Positions 39,244-49,283 are shown, counted from the stretch's first letter. The stretch is 64,000 nucleotides of DNA from a bacterium (GCA_021827985.1 JAKATL010000003.1:3155-67154), one strand, 5' to 3'. The notes: generated by a model from the letters alone, not told the origin. Made by a program: numbers and translations.

Positions 39244-39867
39244 CTACCGGATTGGTCCCGGCTCCGGGAATCGCTCTCCCAGCCCCCGCCGCAGCCGGTC
39301 CACCACGACCCGCGCCGCCCCCCAGACGAAATCCTGTCCCTGGAGGTAGCCGGGCACCAAAAGGGAGCCGCGGCTGGTGTGGCGCCGGCGGACCACATCC
39401 CTCACCCCGGTATGGGCGTGGAGCAGGGGCAGCCAGAACCAGCCGGAAACCTCGGAGGGATCGGCACGGGGGGCGAAGTCGCGGGTCAGCAGCGCCACCG
39501 CCGGCACCATGAGGAATCCCGAGTGGCTTATCACCACCGGTTCCAGGTATCCCAGAATGCGGACCGCGTCCGGCGGTACCGCCAGCTCCTCCTCCGCCTC
39601 CCTGAGGGCCGCTCTCCAGAGGGTTCCGTCGGAGTCGGTCAGGCTGCCCCCGGGCAGCCCGACCTGTCCGGGATGAGAGCGCAGGCGGTGGCTGCGCCGC
39701 TCCAGCAGGAGGGGCAGCTCGGCCCGGCGTCCGTCGATAAGGGCCAGCACCCCGGCGGCCCTAAGGTTCACCGGCCGAGCGGGCTCATCAGCCAGTGGCC
39801 TGAGGGCTGCGGTGAGCCGCTCCAGGGCGCTGGAGGCGGCGCGGCTGCGAGCATCTTGCTCGGCCAA
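39244..39867 (-). CDS. NUDIX hydrolase (CoA pyrophosphatase NudL-like)
   Basis: Nudix box GQVGLPGGSLTDSDGTLWRAALREAEEELAV (GX5EX7REUXEEXGU). Confidence 0.8.
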   Translation of the reverse strand: MAEQDARSRAASSALERLTAALRPLADEPARPVNLRAAGVLALIDGRRAELPLLLERRSHRLRSHPGQVGLPGGSLTDSDGTLWRAALREAEEELAVPPDAVRILGYLEPVVISHSGFLMVPAVALLTRDFAPRADPSEVSGWFWLPLLHAHTGVRDVVRRRHTSRGSLLVPGYLQGQDFVWGAARVVVDRLRRGLGERFPEPGPIR

Positions 39868-40905
39868 TCAGAGGTAGAGCCGACCGGTCGCGAACAGCAC
39901 CAGCAGGGCCGCGGCGACGGCAAAAAGGAGGCCGAGGAGCAGGATCCCCCCGGTCCGCCTGACGTGGGGGTGAATCTCCAGCTGTTCCATCGGGACCAGC
40001 GCCACGGTGCGAGATGCAGCCGGCTCGCCTCCGTGAGCCGGCTGCCAGGGGTGGTTGGGGGATCCCTGGGCCACCGGCGGCGGGGAAACCACCCGGCGGG
40101 GTGCGACCGGGGCACGCCTCCGCCCGGACACCGCTAGGCGAAGCTCCTGCGCCATCTCCAGGGCGGAGGGGTGACGGACGGCCGGGTCGGGTGCCAGCGC
40201 CTGGAGCAGCACGTCATCCACCGCGGAGGGGAGCTGGCTGCGGATCCGGCTGGGGGGCTCGATCACGCCCTCTGGCGCGGGCGGCCTGCCCACCAGCAGG
40301 TAGTAGGTCAGGGCTGCGAGGCCGTACCGGTCCGCGGCGGGGCTGGGATCCGTGCGGCCCTCGGGGGGACGGAATCCGCGGGTGGCGTCCAGCCAGGCGG
40401 CGTGGGGATTGACTCGGGTCACGACGGTTCGTATCCCCATGCCCACCAGCACGGCAGCTCCCCCCCGACCAACCGCCACCGTGGCCGGTTGGACATCACC
40501 GTGGACCAGTCCCCGGCGATGCACCTCGTCCAGGGTCTGCGCCAAGGTACCGACCGTGGCCAGCACACCGGGCGCTCGGCCCTGCTGCAGGAGGCTCACC
40601 AGAAAGCCTCCGGGGACGTCCTCGTTGACGAGGAATGTCAGCGGGGAGGGGAGCTCCTGCCCGCCGATCTCCAGCGTCTGGGCCACCCCCGCCAGGCCTC
40701 GTGCCCGCGGGTCCCCGGCCAGCCTCTGCAGGGCCTCCTGAAACCCGAGTGCCCCGCTGTACGGCTCGCCGAATATCCACAACAGATTCGGCCCGCCGCC
40801 ATCCAGAGACTCTCCCTGGTGAATCGAGGCGTACGGGAGCAGCTGGAGGCGGCCCCTGAGTCGGTACCGTCCGACGGTGGTCCCGGTGAGCTGATCCACC
40901 TGCAA
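39868..40905 (-). CDS. Membrane-anchored Hanks-type Ser/Thr protein kinase homologue lacking catalytic residues (pseudokinase)
   Basis: Kinase fold is recognisable, but the Gly-loop, VAIK Lys, HRD (here HGD) and DFG (here GMG) motifs are degenerate. C-terminal TM helix (ILLLGLLFAVAAALLVLFA). Confidence 0.6.
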   Translation of the reverse strand: MQVDQLTGTTVGRYRLRGRLQLLPYASIHQGESLDGGGPNLLWIFGEPYSGALGFQEALQRLAGDPRARGLAGVAQTLEIGGQELPSPLTFLVNEDVPGGFLVSLLQQGRAPGVLATVGTLAQTLDEVHRRGLVHGDVQPATVAVGRGGAAVLVGMGIRTVVTRVNPHAAWLDATRGFRPPEGRTDPSPAADRYGLAALTYYLLVGRPPAPEGVIEPPSRIRSQLPSAVDDVLLQALAPDPAVRHPSALEMAQELRLAVSGRRRAPVAPRRVVSPPPVAQGSPNHPWQPAHGGEPAASRTVALVPMEQLEIHPHVRRTGGILLLGLLFAVAAALLVLFATGRLYL

Positions 40906-41000
40906 TTCGCCCCCATCTTATGGCGCCCGGCGCGGGGCGCATCCGGCTATGCTCTGGCCCAGCCGATGTCGCCAACCTTTCCCCGTCCTCAGGGACTCCG

Positions 41001-41288
41001 ATGAATCGCGAGCAGCTCCTTGAGCTGCCACCGGTGCCGAGAGCTAGGGTCTGCGTCTGCGGCGCGCGGGTGGGCTGGAGCCACCTGGAATATCTCGGCG
41101 CGGGGAGATCGCTGCCGGTCTACGTCTGTTCCGGCTGTGGCCTGGGATACCGCGGGGACGGTGCGGCCGCAGCGTCCCCGTCTCCTCCTCGAAGCCGAAA
41201 GCCCCTTCCCGAGGGCGGTTCCCCCGACAACCCGGTGCTGGATCCGGAGATCGCCAGGCGCATCCTCGGCTCGCAGGGGGGTGGCTAA
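41001..41288 (+). CDS. Hypothetical small Cys-rich protein (putative zinc ribbon: CVCGx19CSGC)
   Basis: ATG ORF MNREQLLELPPVPRARVCVCGARVGWSHLEYLGAGRSLPVYVCSGCGLGY; weak evidence. Confidence 0.3.
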   Translation: MNREQLLELPPVPRARVCVCGARVGWSHLEYLGAGRSLPVYVCSGCGLGYRGDGAAAASPSPPRSRKPLPEGGSPDNPVLDPEIARRILGSQGGG

Positions 41289-42073
41289 GCGGTGCCTTCC
41301 GGCAGGTGCCTTGCGAACCAGCGCCCCGCCAGCTCGGCAACCTCCGCGCTGTCCACGTCCACGCTCATCCCATGACCGCTTCGCGGGAAGAGCCGCAATT
41401 CTCGGATCGAGCTGCCCACTCGACCCACGATTTGGTCGGCGTTGGCTGGACTGACCACCCCGTCCCGTCCTCCGTGCAGCACTAAGAGGGGCTGCCAGAC
41501 TGCCGGGAGCTCCCTCTCCACCAGCCGTCCCAGCCGGACCAGCTGCAGGATGGCTCTGGTGGGGCGGCGCCGGTAGCTGTGGAGCATACGGACCCGCTCG
41601 GGCAGGTAGAGGTCGACCCTGGGGGACGGTGTGTCCCAGCGGACCAGGGGATGGAGAGCGGGGAGCAGGCGCAGCCGCCAGTCCGAGAGCCTGAGCATCG
41701 CCGCCTGGGTCACGACCGCCCTCACCTCCGGTCTGGTCGCCGCCAGGTGCAGGGCTAGAGTCCCACCCATGGACTGGCCCGCGACGCCGACCGTGCGGCA
41801 GCGGGTCAAGAGTTCGTCCAGTCCTTGGTTGGCCGACCGGATCCAGTCGTCGGCCCCGGTCCGGGCCATCTCCTCGGGCGAGGTCCCGTGGCCCGCCAGG
41901 AGGGGAGCGTGGGCCAGGATGCCGTGCGCCGCCAGCCACTCGCCGAGCCGGATCAGCTCGGGTGGGGTACCGGCGAACCCGTGGAGCAGGAGAACCCCTC
42001 GGGGACCATCTCCCAGCCATAACGGCCGGCCAGCCCACTCCGGGATCCCGGCGCTGTCTTTCCACCCCGCCAC
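41285..42073 (-). CDS. Alpha/beta-hydrolase (carboxylesterase/lipase-like)
   Basis: Nucleophile elbow GQSMGG; HG oxyanion motif (LLLHGFAG); a His near the C-terminus. Confidence 0.8.
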   Translation of the reverse strand: MAGWKDSAGIPEWAGRPLWLGDGPRGVLLLHGFAGTPPELIRLGEWLAAHGILAHAPLLAGHGTSPEEMARTGADDWIRSANQGLDELLTRCRTVGVAGQSMGGTLALHLAATRPEVRAVVTQAAMLRLSDWRLRLLPALHPLVRWDTPSPRVDLYLPERVRMLHSYRRRPTRAILQLVRLGRLVERELPAVWQPLLVLHGGRDGVVSPANADQIVGRVGSSIRELRLFPRSGHGMSVDVDSAEVAELAGRWFARHLPEGTA

Positions 42074-42128
42074 CAGCTCAGGTTAGCCGCTGGGCCGGCC
42101 CCGCCAGGTCGACCGTACACTCCCTCCC

Positions 42129-43172
42129 ATGGCTGCCACCGAGGAGATCGCCAAAGAGCTGCCCCCGTTGCTGGAGCGGCTGGTGCGGAGGGAGGAGGTC
42201 GGGCAGGCAGGGGCGCGCTGGCTCGGCGACCGGATGATGGAAGGCGCCCTCTCCGGCGCCCAGATGGGGGCGGTGCTGGCCCTGCTGCGCTCGAAGGGGG
42301 AGACGGTGGCCGAGCTGGCCGGGCTGGTGACCTCCATGCGGGACCACAGCCTCAAGGTGGAGCTGGACCGACCGGCTCTGGACACCTGCGGGACGGGCGG
42401 GGACGGGCTGGGCACCTTCAACATCTCCACGGTGGCGGCTTTGGTAGTTGCCGGAGCCGGAGTGGCGGTGGCCAAGCACGGCAACCGGGCGGCCAGCGGA
42501 CGGTGTGGAAGCGCGGACGTCCTGGAGGCGCTGGGGGTGAGGATCGACCTCCCGCCGGAGGGAGTAGCGACCTGCGTTCGGGAGGCGGGTGTGGGCTTCA
42601 TGTTCGCCCTCCGGTATCACCCGGCGATGCGCCACGTGGCCGCTCCGCGTGCCGAGCTGGGGATCCGCACGGTGTTCAACATCCTGGGGCCACTCTCCAA
42701 TCCGGCGCAGGTGCCCTTCCAGTCCCTGGGGGTTGCCGACCCTGCCCTGGCGGAACGGATGGCCGGAGTCCTCGCCCGCCTGGGCGGTGAGCGGGCCCTG
42801 GTCTTCGCCGGCCCCTCGGGGATGGACGAGCTGGGCCTGGACGGCCCATCCCTGTGCTGGAGGGTGGAGGGGGGCCGGGCGGTGCAGGAGACCATCGACC
42901 CCATGGAGCTGGGTCTGGCCCCGGCTGCTCCGGCACAGCTCGCGGGGGGCGGCCCGGAGGCCAACGCCGCGTTGGCGGTCTCGGTCCTTGAGGGGGAGCC
43001 GGGACCGAGGTCGGATGTGGTGGCTCTCAACGCCGCCGCCGGGCTGGTCGCCGCCGGCAGGGCCGGTGACCTTGCCGAGGGGCTAAAAGTGGCCCGGGAG
43101 AGCCTCGCCTCGGGCGCGGGTCGCGAGGCACTGGAGCGCCTGCGCCGCGTCTCCCGGGAGTGGCGCGAGTGA
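42129..43172 (+). CDS. trpD: Anthranilate phosphoribosyltransferase
   Basis: GTGGDG motif (DTCGTGGDGLGTFNIST) and KHGNRAASG, the TrpD hallmark. Confidence 0.9.
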   Translation: MAATEEIAKELPPLLERLVRREEVGQAGARWLGDRMMEGALSGAQMGAVLALLRSKGETVAELAGLVTSMRDHSLKVELDRPALDTCGTGGDGLGTFNISTVAALVVAGAGVAVAKHGNRAASGRCGSADVLEALGVRIDLPPEGVATCVREAGVGFMFALRYHPAMRHVAAPRAELGIRTVFNILGPLSNPAQVPFQSLGVADPALAERMAGVLARLGGERALVFAGPSGMDELGLDGPSLCWRVEGGRAVQETIDPMELGLAPAAPAQLAGGGPEANAALAVSVLEGEPGPRSDVVALNAAAGLVAAGRAGDLAEGLKVARESLASGAGREALERLRRVSREWRE

Positions 43173-43660
43173 TCGCGACCAAGAACGCTCCGGCCCGCCT
43201 CGGCCCCCGTCTGCGCCATCTCTTGGAGCTGTGCCCGGAGGACTATCCGGTGGCTGACGTGGGAAGCGGGCACGGCCGGCTGGCGCTGGAGCTGGCACTG
43301 CGCCGGCCCGGCGCCACGGTGTACGCAACCGAGGCCAGGCCGGGCCCCGCCCAAGAACTCCGACGGCTGCTCGGACCCGGCTCACCGGTCAGGGTCCTGG
43401 AGGGGCGGGGGTTGGAACCCCTCCAGGGCCTGGGGTGCCGGGGCGCCGTGGTCGCGGGCATGGGAGGGCACACCATCCGAGAGATCCTGCAGCTGAGTCC
43501 ATCCGTGGCCCTGGGGTTGGACTGGCTCTGCCTGCAGCCGATGCAGGACTGGGAGCCGCTCTGGTCCTGGGTGGCGGGGAGCGGGTGGTGGGATCCCCAG
43601 GTCACCAGCTGCTGGGAGCGCTCCCGGGTCTACCGCTCCCTGTTGCTGCGCCCCAGGTGA
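43160..43660 (+). CDS. trmK: tRNA (adenine22-N1)-methyltransferase TrmK-like class I SAM methyltransferase
   Basis: DVGSGHGRLALEL...ATVYATEARPGP...VVAGMGG motif set matching TrmK/YqfN. Confidence 0.7.
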   Translation: MARVIATKNAPARLGPRLRHLLELCPEDYPVADVGSGHGRLALELALRRPGATVYATEARPGPAQELRRLLGPGSPVRVLEGRGLEPLQGLGCRGAVVAGMGGHTIREILQLSPSVALGLDWLCLQPMQDWEPLWSWVAGSGWWDPQVTSCWERSRVYRSLLLRPR

Positions 43661-44345
43661 GCGACTCCCAGCGACTCTTCGACCTACAGGAGCTGGACAA
43701 CCGGCTGGAGCTGCTGCGCACAGAGCGGGCCGCCGTGGACAGGCGCGCCGCTGACGACCCCGAGCAGAAAGCCCTGAGCCGCCGGGTGCAGGAGCTTCGG
43801 GCCTCCCTCAGCCAGCTGGCCTCCCGGCTCAGGCAGGAGGAGCTCGACGTGGAGGAGCTGCGGGAGCGCGCGGCCAGCCACGAGCGCGCCCTCTACGGTG
43901 GCAGCGTGCGCCATCCGGCGGAGCTGGAACGCTACCAGCACGAGATCCGCATGCTGAGGGAGCGGATCGCCGCCGCCGAGGAGCGGGAGCTGGCGGCCAT
44001 GGAGGAGCAGGAGCAGTTGGAGGCCGACCTCCGGGCTGCGGAAGCGAGGGCAGGGGACCGCTCCGCCGAGCTCGCGCGTCTTCGAGCGGAGGACGCCAGG
44101 CGGCGCCCCGGGCTGGACCAGGAACTCCGGGCCGCCGAGGCCGAGCGCGCTGGGCTGGCGGCGCAGCTCGGTCCCGCTCCCCTCCGCCTCTACGCGGCCA
44201 CGGCACCGCGGCGCAGACCGGCGGTGGTCCGCATCGAGGCAGGTGTCTGCTCCGGCTGTCGCCTTCCCGTGGCCCACCGGGTCGTGGAGGAGGCCCGCGC
44301 CGGTCGCCTGGTGACCTGCGAGAACTGCGAGAGGATCCTGATCCC

Positions 44346-44349
<4 letters not shown>
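43657..44349 (+). CDS. Zinc-ribbon-domain protein (DUF164/COG1579-like coiled-coil plus C-terminal CxxC...CxxC), commonly found upstream of rnhA
   Basis: Coiled-coil ERELAAMEEQEQLEADLRAAEA and C-terminal GVCSGCRLPV...CENCERIL. GTG start overlapping the trmK stop. Confidence 0.7.
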
Positions 44350-44777
<428 letters not shown>

Positions 44778-44794
44778 GGTGGGTACGCCCGCGG

Positions 44795-45688
44795 GTGATC
44801 GCGGCCGTAGCCCTCTCGGGCCTGCTGCTGGTCGCCTGCGGCGGGCCAGCCCGTCTACGGAGTCCCGCGGCCGACCACTGGTGGCACCCTAGCGCAGCTG
44901 CCGGGCCGTTCCTCTACCAGCTGCAAGGAAGTAGTGGGCCGACCTCCGTGGGAGGTGTCGTTGTCGATCCGTGCTCCCCGGACGTGCCCGGCTGCCGCCC
45001 TCCCGTGATCTATGACATTGACCTGTACGAGGACTCCCAGATCAGCGGGCGGGATGACCTGCTCGCCCGGGCCGCGGTTTCGGCGATCCGGGCCCGGGGA
45101 GCGGTCGCGGTCTGCTATGTGGACGCGGGGACTTCGGAGGAGTGGCGGCCCGACGCTCACCACTTCCCGCCATCGGTCCTGGGTCTCCCTGACGGGTGGC
45201 CGGGAGAGCGCTGGCTGGACATCCGCCGGCTATCGGTGCTGCTTCCCATAATGGAAGCGCGGGCGCGGGAATGCCTTGGGGCCGGCTTCGCGGCGATCGA
45301 CTGGGACAACGTCGACGCCTATGCCAACCGCACGGGGTTCCACCTCACCGCCGCGGAGCAGCTCCGCTACAACCGCGATCTGGCGAGGATCGCGCACCAT
45401 CTCGGCTTGGCTGTCGGCCTGAAGAACGACTACAGCCAGGTGGCGCAGCTGGCTCCCTACTTTGACTTCGCCGTCGACGAGCAATGTATCCAGTACCAGG
45501 AATGCGGCCTGCTGCAGCCCTTTGTCCGCTCCGACAAGCCTGTCTACGATGTGGAGTACCAAGGGCCGCCTCATTGTCCCGGTCCGAGGTACCCCGGGAT
45601 CTGGTTCAGCTGGCAGTCTCCTGCCCTAAGGGCGGCTCCCTGGCACCCCTGTCCGGAGCCGTTAGCTGGGGGCCGCGCTCCGTCGTGA
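44795..45688 (+). CDS. Glycoside hydrolase family 114 lipoprotein (endo-alpha-1,4-polygalactosaminidase-like)
   Basis: Lipobox LLLVACGG. GH114-like blocks (YQLQG, IDLYEDS, AVCYVDAGTSEEWRPD, GERWLDI, AIDWDNVDAY, GLAVGLKND, FDFAVDEQC). GTG start. Confidence 0.6.
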   Translation: MIAAVALSGLLLVACGGPARLRSPAADHWWHPSAAAGPFLYQLQGSSGPTSVGGVVVDPCSPDVPGCRPPVIYDIDLYEDSQISGRDDLLARAAVSAIRARGAVAVCYVDAGTSEEWRPDAHHFPPSVLGLPDGWPGERWLDIRRLSVLLPIMEARARECLGAGFAAIDWDNVDAYANRTGFHLTAAEQLRYNRDLARIAHHLGLAVGLKNDYSQVAQLAPYFDFAVDEQCIQYQECGLLQPFVRSDKPVYDVEYQGPPHCPGPRYPGIWFSWQSPALRAAPWHPCPEPLAGGRAPS

Positions 45689-45904
45689 ACGTTCTACCCG
45701 GTTGGGCAGGGTGAGTTGGCCTGAGGTGGCAAGCCCGGGGACGCGCCGCGATCCCGGTCAGTTGCGTGGAGCCCACGAGCCCGGGGGATGCCCACCCTGC
45801 AGCGCCCACCGTCCACCGGTCCCGGTCTCAGGGGCGCTGACCGGCAGGGCTTCTGCCGCGGTGTCCCGGGCCATGTCTCGCGGATCCCGGCTTACAATCC
45901 ACCC

Positions 45905-46354
45905 GTGGACGCCTTGATCCGGCCGGTGGGGCCGCCCGAGGTCCGCGCTTCGGACCAGGACCGCGAGGCCGTGGTGGAGGAACTTCGCCGCCACCATTCG
46001 GACGGGCGCCTGGCGACGGATGAGCTGGAAGAGCGGGTCGGGAAGGCCTACCGGGCCAAGACGATCGGTGAGCTCTCCCAGGTGGTCGGCGACCTCCCCG
46101 CACCTCCCCCGCCTCCTCCCAAGGGACTTCAGCGCCTGCGCCCCTACTTGCCGTACGGCGCGGGTGCCGTGGTCCTCGGCGGCCTGGCCGCGGGCGCCGT
46201 CTGGGGCGGCGTGTCCGGACATGAGTTCGCCTTCCCCCTGCCGCTCCTCTGGATCGGCTTCATCTTCATGAGGGGTCGGCACGGTCATCGCCGGTACGGA
46301 TCACGCTGGGGAGGCGGGCCTGGCCCCCACGGGCCCGGGGGAGTGGCCATCTGA
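45905..46354 (+). CDS. DUF1707 (SHOCT-like) domain membrane protein
   Basis: SDQDREAVVEELRRHHSDGRLATDELEERVGKAY matches DUF1707, followed by a Pro-rich linker and TM segments. Start uncertain (GTG 45905 or upstream). Confidence 0.5.
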   Translation: MDALIRPVGPPEVRASDQDREAVVEELRRHHSDGRLATDELEERVGKAYRAKTIGELSQVVGDLPAPPPPPPKGLQRLRPYLPYGAGAVVLGGLAAGAVWGGVSGHEFAFPLPLLWIGFIFMRGRHGHRRYGSRWGGGPGPHGPGGVAI

Positions 46355-46539
46355 CCGTCCCCGGCTGGCCAGGGGACTGCGGCCGGCGACTTGGGCAGGC
46401 ACCGTCCAGGGGTGGCGGAGTGGACCGTCGATCCGGTATGGCTCCCTCGGGGTCTCCATCTTGGCAGAGCAGCCCAAGTCAGAAGACACCCGCGCCCATC
46501 GGGGAGTGGGTGCGAGCCAGCTGAGACGGGCGATACTTT

Positions 46540-46880
46540 GTCAGTGGGCGCCGCGCCGTTCGACTCCGTGGATGATGTGACCGTCCGGGTGCCTGACCTC
46601 GATGCTGGGCTTGCCCTCTACCGGGACGCGCTCGGCCACCGACTGCTCTAGCGCGACGACGATGTGGGCCAAGCCGGGCACTAGCTCTCCGGCTCCGCCA
46701 CCGATCTCGTACTCACCACCTGCCAAGAGTACGAGCCCAATTGGAAGGTGCATTCCGCCCGCGTGCCGCGGAGGTGTTGGGAGTGCCTGGGGGCCGCGTG
46801 GTTTCCCAGCCAGCTGACATCCCGGTGCGTCATGTCGCCGTTGTCGAGGATCCGTTCGGCAACCGGGAGGGACGCTTCTC
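46540..46880 (+). pseudogene. Decayed VOC (glyoxalase-like) gene with two in-frame TAG codons and a frameshift
   Basis: N-terminal part reads ...APFDSVDDVTVRVPDLDAGLALYRDALGHRLL-TAG-RDDDVGQAGH-TAG-LSGSATDLVLTT. The C-terminal part is in another frame (...AAEVLGVPGGRVVSQPADIPVRHVAVVEDPFGNRE). Confidence 0.45.
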
Positions 46881-47132
46881 ACCGTCCGGCTCTTGACCTT
46901 GTTCGTCTTGCGCTGGGGCGGAATTCCCACCTGGGCTGCGTACTCTTGACGCTGGCCGTGTCCGCACGCGGTGCTCGCGTCCATTGCGCCCGCAGAGCCA
47001 GACAGGCGCTCCCTAGACCACGCCCAGTGTGGGGTTGGAAGGAGCCCTGGCGTCTGTTCTCCGCGACGTATGAGCCCACCTACACCTTCCTTTCCCATAG
47101 GCCCGGCCCACGCTGAACGTCTCCGCTCCGGC

Positions 47133-47172
47133 CATAACCTCCGCTTAACCGCTTGCTAACTCGGACATAATC
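47133..47172 (+). promoter_or_regulatory. Four direct repeats phased at exactly 11 bp (CATAACC, CTTAACC, GCTAACT, CATAATC): PHO-box-like array upstream of pstB
   Basis: Unit starts at 47133, 47144, 47155 and 47166. A 7-nt core plus 4-nt spacer matches PhoB/PhoP box architecture. Ends 24 nt before the pstB start. Confidence 0.45.
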
Positions 47173-47195
47173 GCGGCGCTCCTAGCATCGAGGCC

Positions 47196-48008
47196 GTGGT
47201 GACGAGAGCTTCCCGGCTGGTCGGAGTCGGCTCCCAGGTCGGCGCGGCAAGCGCCGAGAGCGGCGTGGACGTTCGAGACTTGCGCGTTTTCTACAAGGAG
47301 AGCGAGCTTCTCCACGGGGTGAGCTATTCCTTTCGCCCCAACGCAGTGTCCGCCATAGTCGGGCCCACCGGCTGCGGCAAGACCACCCTGCTGCGCTCCG
47401 TCAATCGGCTGCACGACAGCACTCCGGGGATGAGGGTCACCGGTTCTGTGACCGTCGGGGGCGAGGAGGTCTACGGGCGCGGAGTGGGGGTGCGCGGCTT
47501 GCGGCGCAAGGTTGGCATGCTCTTCCAGCGGGCCAACCCCTTTCCTCAGAGCATCGCCGACAACGTGTCACTGGCGCCGCGGGCCCACGGCATGGTGAGC
47601 CGGCACCAGGTGGCGGCTCTGGTCGAGCAGCACCTCACCTTGGTCGGTCTCTGGGATGCGGTCAAGGACCGCCTGGATCGCTCACCCTTCCATCTCTCGG
47701 GCGGCCAGCAGCAGCTGCTCTGCCTGGCCCGCACCCTGGCGCTGTCTCCCGAGGTGCTCCTCCTCGACGAGCCCACGTCCGCGCTCGACCCCGACACCAC
47801 CGAGCACATTGAGGGCCTGATCAAGCAGCTCTCCCAGCGCGTCACCGTCCTCATCGTCACCCACAACCTGGCCCAGGCGAACCGGATAGCCGACGACGTT
47901 CTGTTCCTGATGGCGGGCTCGGTCGTCGAGTTCGCCCCGGCGCAAACCTTCTTCCAGAACCCGGCCGACGAGCGGAGCCGGGCCTACATCAGCGGTCGTA
48001 TCGGGTGA
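47196..48008 (+). CDS. pstB: Phosphate ABC transporter ATP-binding protein PstB
   Basis: RDLRVFYKE, Walker A GPTGCGKTT, FPQSIADNV, LSGGQQQLLCLARTLA, Walker B LLLDEPTSALD. Start uncertain (GTG 47196). Confidence 0.9.
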   Translation: MVTRASRLVGVGSQVGAASAESGVDVRDLRVFYKESELLHGVSYSFRPNAVSAIVGPTGCGKTTLLRSVNRLHDSTPGMRVTGSVTVGGEEVYGRGVGVRGLRRKVGMLFQRANPFPQSIADNVSLAPRAHGMVSRHQVAALVEQHLTLVGLWDAVKDRLDRSPFHLSGGQQQLLCLARTLALSPEVLLLDEPTSALDPDTTEHIEGLIKQLSQRVTVLIVTHNLAQANRIADDVLFLMAGSVVEFAPAQTFFQNPADERSRAYISGRIG

Positions 48009-48065
48009 GTCCGGCCAATTAGCCCTCATCCGCGTGCAGAGTTCATCCAACCAAGGGGAGGTCCC

Positions 48066-49283
48066 ATGACCATTCGACGACCCTCGATCTTCGCTGCGGC
48101 GCTCCTTGCCGGAGGGGTCGCCCTGGCAGCGTGCGGCTCTACTCCCGCCACGACCAGCAAGGGCCAGGCCAAGACGACGAGCCTCACCTGCAAGACCTCG
48201 GCGGTCGCCAACAGCGGGGCCGCGAACGCCCCCAGCGGCGCCCCCGCCCCGACCTCCGCCGCGCCGATCCCGACGGCGAACCCCGCCTCCGCGGTGACCC
48301 TCCACGAGGACGGGTCCTCGCTGATCTACCCCTACTTGCTGGCCCTGGCCCCCGAACTTCCCACGGCGTACTCGAACATCACCCTGAGCCCCGCCTCGGG
48401 AGGGTCCGGCAAGGGCCAGACGGACGCCATCGCCGGCAACGTGCAGATGGGCGGTTCTGATGCCTTCCTCAGCTCCTCTCAGTTCTCCTCCAACCCCGGC
48501 CTGATGAACATCCCCATTGCGGTGTCCGCCCAGGCGGTCAACTACAACGTCCCGGGGCTGGTGCTCCCCAGCGGGCAGACTGGGCTGCACCTCAGCGGAT
48601 GCATCCTCGCCAACATGTACATGGGCAAGATCACCAACTGGAACGATCCCAGCATCGCCGCTCTCAACCCCGGCTCCAAGCTGCCCAACCTGCCGATCGT
48701 GCCCATCCACCGCGTGGACGCTTCCGGTGACACCTTCATCTTCACCTCCTTCCTCACCGACACCAACAGCGCCTGGGCCAGCGGGCCGAGCTTCGGCACT
48801 CTGGTGAGCTGGCCCACGGCCAGTCAGATCAGCGCCAACGGCAACCCCGCCATGGTCCAGGCCTGCTCGGCCAACCCCGGTTGCGTGGCCTACATCGGGG
48901 TGAGCGTGGAGGCGCAGGCGTCCAGCGCCGGCCTCGGCGAGGCTCTGCTGCAGAACCAGTCCGGCAACTTCGTCCTTCCCACCGGCACCAACATGGCATC
49001 CTCGGTGAGCGCGGGGGCGAGCAAGATCCCCGCCGACCTGGCCGTGTCGCTCATCTATCAGAAGGGCGCCGACTCCTACCCGATCGTCAACTTCGAATAC
49101 CTGGTGGTGAAGAAGACCCAGCCGTCGGCAGACACCGCCACCGCGATCAAGGACTTCTTCTCCTGGGCGCTCTCCCCGACCGGGGGCGCAACCCCCGCCA
49201 ATCTTGGCACCGTGGGCTTCATCGCTCTGCCCAGCAATGCTCTCCCCGGTGTGGACGCTGAAGTGGGCAGCATCACCGGCTAA
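48066..49283 (+). CDS. pstS: Phosphate-binding lipoprotein PstS with a long Ala/Pro/Thr-rich N-terminal linker
   Basis: Lipobox LAACGS; about 70-aa low-complexity linker; PBP fold (GSSLIYPYL, SGSGKGQTDAIAG). Confidence 0.85.
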   Translation: MTIRRPSIFAAALLAGGVALAACGSTPATTSKGQAKTTSLTCKTSAVANSGAANAPSGAPAPTSAAPIPTANPASAVTLHEDGSSLIYPYLLALAPELPTAYSNITLSPASGGSGKGQTDAIAGNVQMGGSDAFLSSSQFSSNPGLMNIPIAVSAQAVNYNVPGLVLPSGQTGLHLSGCILANMYMGKITNWNDPSIAALNPGSKLPNLPIVPIHRVDASGDTFIFTSFLTDTNSAWASGPSFGTLVSWPTASQISANGNPAMVQACSANPGCVAYIGVSVEAQASSAGLGEALLQNQSGNFVLPTGTNMASSVSAGASKIPADLAVSLIYQKGADSYPIVNFEYLVVKKTQPSADTATAIKDFFSWALSPTGGATPANLGTVGFIALPSNALPGVDAEVGSITG

